From: Woeseiaceae bacterium
GTDB lineage: Bacteria > Pseudomonadota > Gammaproteobacteria > Steroidobacterales > Woeseiaceae
Assembly (NCBI GenBank): GCA_021773135.1
Contig: JAJFKP010000017.1
Span: 50,520-114,519 of the forward strand
Length of the DNA stretch: 64,000 nucleotides
Direction of reading: 5' to 3'
In this document: one piece after another, positions 62,870 to 64,000 of the stretch
How positions within the stretch are numbered: the first letter of the stretch is position 1
Layout: every line of letters begins with the position of its first letter
Position numbers and translations under genes: made by a program
Notes under the pieces: model-generated
The model's database searches: none
Seen by the model: the letters and a program-made list of their open reading frames with translations, nothing else
What the model was told of the DNA's origin: nothing

Positions 62870-63886
62870 ATGCCGCAGATGAATATGATCGAGGCAATTC
62901 GCTCGGGACTCGACGTCGTCATGACCCGGGATTCCAATACCGTTATTCTTGGCGAGGACGTCGGTTACTTTGGCGGCGTGTTTCGCTGTACCGATGGCTT
63001 GCAGCGCAAATTCGGGGAACACCGGGTGATCGATGCACCCATCGCCGAGGGTGGCATCATTGGCACGGCAATCGGCATGGGGGTTAACGGGCTGCGACCG
63101 GTTGCGGAGATACAGTTCGCCGACTACATATATCCCGGATTCGACCAGGTTGTTAGTGAGCTGGGCCGATTGCGCTACCGCAGCGGCGGGGATTTTTTCT
63201 CTCCCGTCACCATTCGTACGCCGTGCGGCGGCGGAATTCGCGGCGGCCAGACGCATTCGCAATCGCCGGAAGCGATATTTACGCATATCAGCGGCATAAA
63301 GACAGTGATGCCGTCAAACCCTTACGATGCGAAGGGCTTATTGATCAGTTCGATCGAGTCCGACGACCCGGTGATATTTTTTGAGCCGAAGCGAATCTAT
63401 AACGGTCCGTTTGACGGAGACCCGGACAAACCGGCCGTTCCCTGGACTTCTCACCCAAAGGGAGAAGTCCCAAACGGCTATTACACCGTGCCGCTGGGCT
63501 CTGCGGAGATCGTCGAATCAGGTGACGAACTCACTATAATTACCTACGGCACTCTGGTGCACATAGCACAGGCTGCCGCTGCACTGGTGGGTGTTAACGC
63601 GGAGATTATTGATGTCCGTACGCTCGCGCCACTGGACACGAGGACCTTGACCGAGTCGGTGAAAAAGACCGGGCGCTGCCTGATTGCACACGAGGCTACC
63701 CGCTACAGCGGATTCGGTGCAGAATTGACGGCAACGGTTCAGGAAGAATGCTTTTATCATCTGGAAGCGCCTATCGAACGCGTGGCCGGATGGGATACGC
63801 CCTACCCGCATGCGTTTGAATGGCAGTACTTTCCCGGACAAAAGCGTTTTGCTGCCGGAATTCGCAAAGTCATGGAGGCGAAATGA
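62870..63886 (+). CDS. bkdA2: 2-oxoisovalerate dehydrogenase E1 beta subunit
   Basis: VILGEDVGYFGGVFRCTDGL, DAPIAEGGIIG, IQFADYIYP. 338 aa. Confidence 0.92.
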   Translation: MPQMNMIEAIRSGLDVVMTRDSNTVILGEDVGYFGGVFRCTDGLQRKFGEHRVIDAPIAEGGIIGTAIGMGVNGLRPVAEIQFADYIYPGFDQVVSELGRLRYRSGGDFFSPVTIRTPCGGGIRGGQTHSQSPEAIFTHISGIKTVMPSNPYDAKGLLISSIESDDPVIFFEPKRIYNGPFDGDPDKPAVPWTSHPKGEVPNGYYTVPLGSAEIVESGDELTIITYGTLVHIAQAAAALVGVNAEIIDVRTLAPLDTRTLTESVKKTGRCLIAHEATRYSGFGAELTATVQEECFYHLEAPIERVAGWDTPYPHAFEWQYFPGQKRFAAGIRKVMEAK

Positions 63887-64000
63887 GCGAGTATGTTTTC
63901 AAACTGCCCGACCTGGGTGAAGGAACCGTTGAATCTGAAATCGGCGAATGGAATATCGCGATCGGTGATGAGGTTGCTGAAGAGTCTGTCGTCGGCACCA
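63883..64000 (+). CDS. bkdB: Branched-chain keto acid dehydrogenase E2 (lipoamide acyltransferase), N-terminal fragment, 3' end outside the window
   Basis: The ATG overlaps the E1-beta TGA (ATGA). FKLPDLGEGTVESEIGEW is the start of a lipoyl domain. Confidence 0.85.
   Translation, partial: MSEYVFKLPDLGEGTVESEIGEWNIAIGDEVAEESVVGT

Noticed and set aside
1-64000. Genomic island, prophage or mobile element
   Set aside because: I recognised no integrase, transposase, tRNA attachment site, direct-repeat boundaries or phage/conjugation genes. The flanking genes (mdh, polA, engB, dsbA, bkd) are core housekeeping genes in conserved synteny.

Overview
This is a 64 kb chromosomal segment from what looks like a marine or environmental Gammaproteobacterium. 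That assignment is an inference from Pseudomonas-like synteny (polA, sRNA gap, engB, cytochrome c4, dsbA) and from protein motifs. GC looks moderately high by eye and was not computed. I call about 58 protein genes, densely packed, many joined by ATGA/TGATG overlaps. I saw no rRNA, tRNA, CRISPR array, transposase, integrase or phage genes.

Gene content, left to right:
- A YtrA-type GntR/ABC-2 exporter operon, an ECF sigma/anti-sigma pair, mdh, and a long FadE.
- A DUF4286/DUF3667 fusion protein.
- A complete mevalonate (MVA) isoprenoid pathway: mvaS, then idi, a fused HMG-CoA reductase/mevalonate kinase, phosphomevalonate kinase and diphosphomevalonate decarboxylase, with ispA divergent. The cluster is interrupted by a class II cytochrome c and a membrane pseudokinase carrying a Calx-beta domain.
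- dinB, an orphan ExeA/GspB pair, an SRAP peptidase and yadGH.
- A divergent FlhD-like/FlhC-like regulator pair.
- nudC, an NRDE protein, an esterase, a short argH, lptM and polA.
- A candidate RpoE-type sRNA in the polA-engB gap, followed by covarying mini-hairpin repeats.
- engB, cc4, a lipoprotein DsbA and an L,D-transpeptidase.
- A TetR-associated catabolic operon: aminotransferase, two CrtI/amine-oxidase-like flavoproteins, a GcvT-like protein, an ADP-forming acyl-CoA synthetase and an HDAC-like amidohydrolase. An acyl-CoA dehydrogenase and an orphan Rieske oxygenase lie alongside.
- An S9 peptidase, galKT with an SGLT-type symporter, a serine hydrolase, BCCT and MFS transporters, and bkdR with the start of the bkd operon.

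The most interesting items are, in my judgement:
- the non-flagellar FlhC/tandem-FlhD pair;
- the pseudokinase/Calx-beta protein inside the MVA cluster;
- the HMGR-MK fusion;
- the Spot 42/ErsA-position sRNA candidate;
- the uncharacterised amine/N-methyl catabolic operon.

All functional calls rest on motif recognition by eye. No database search was run.
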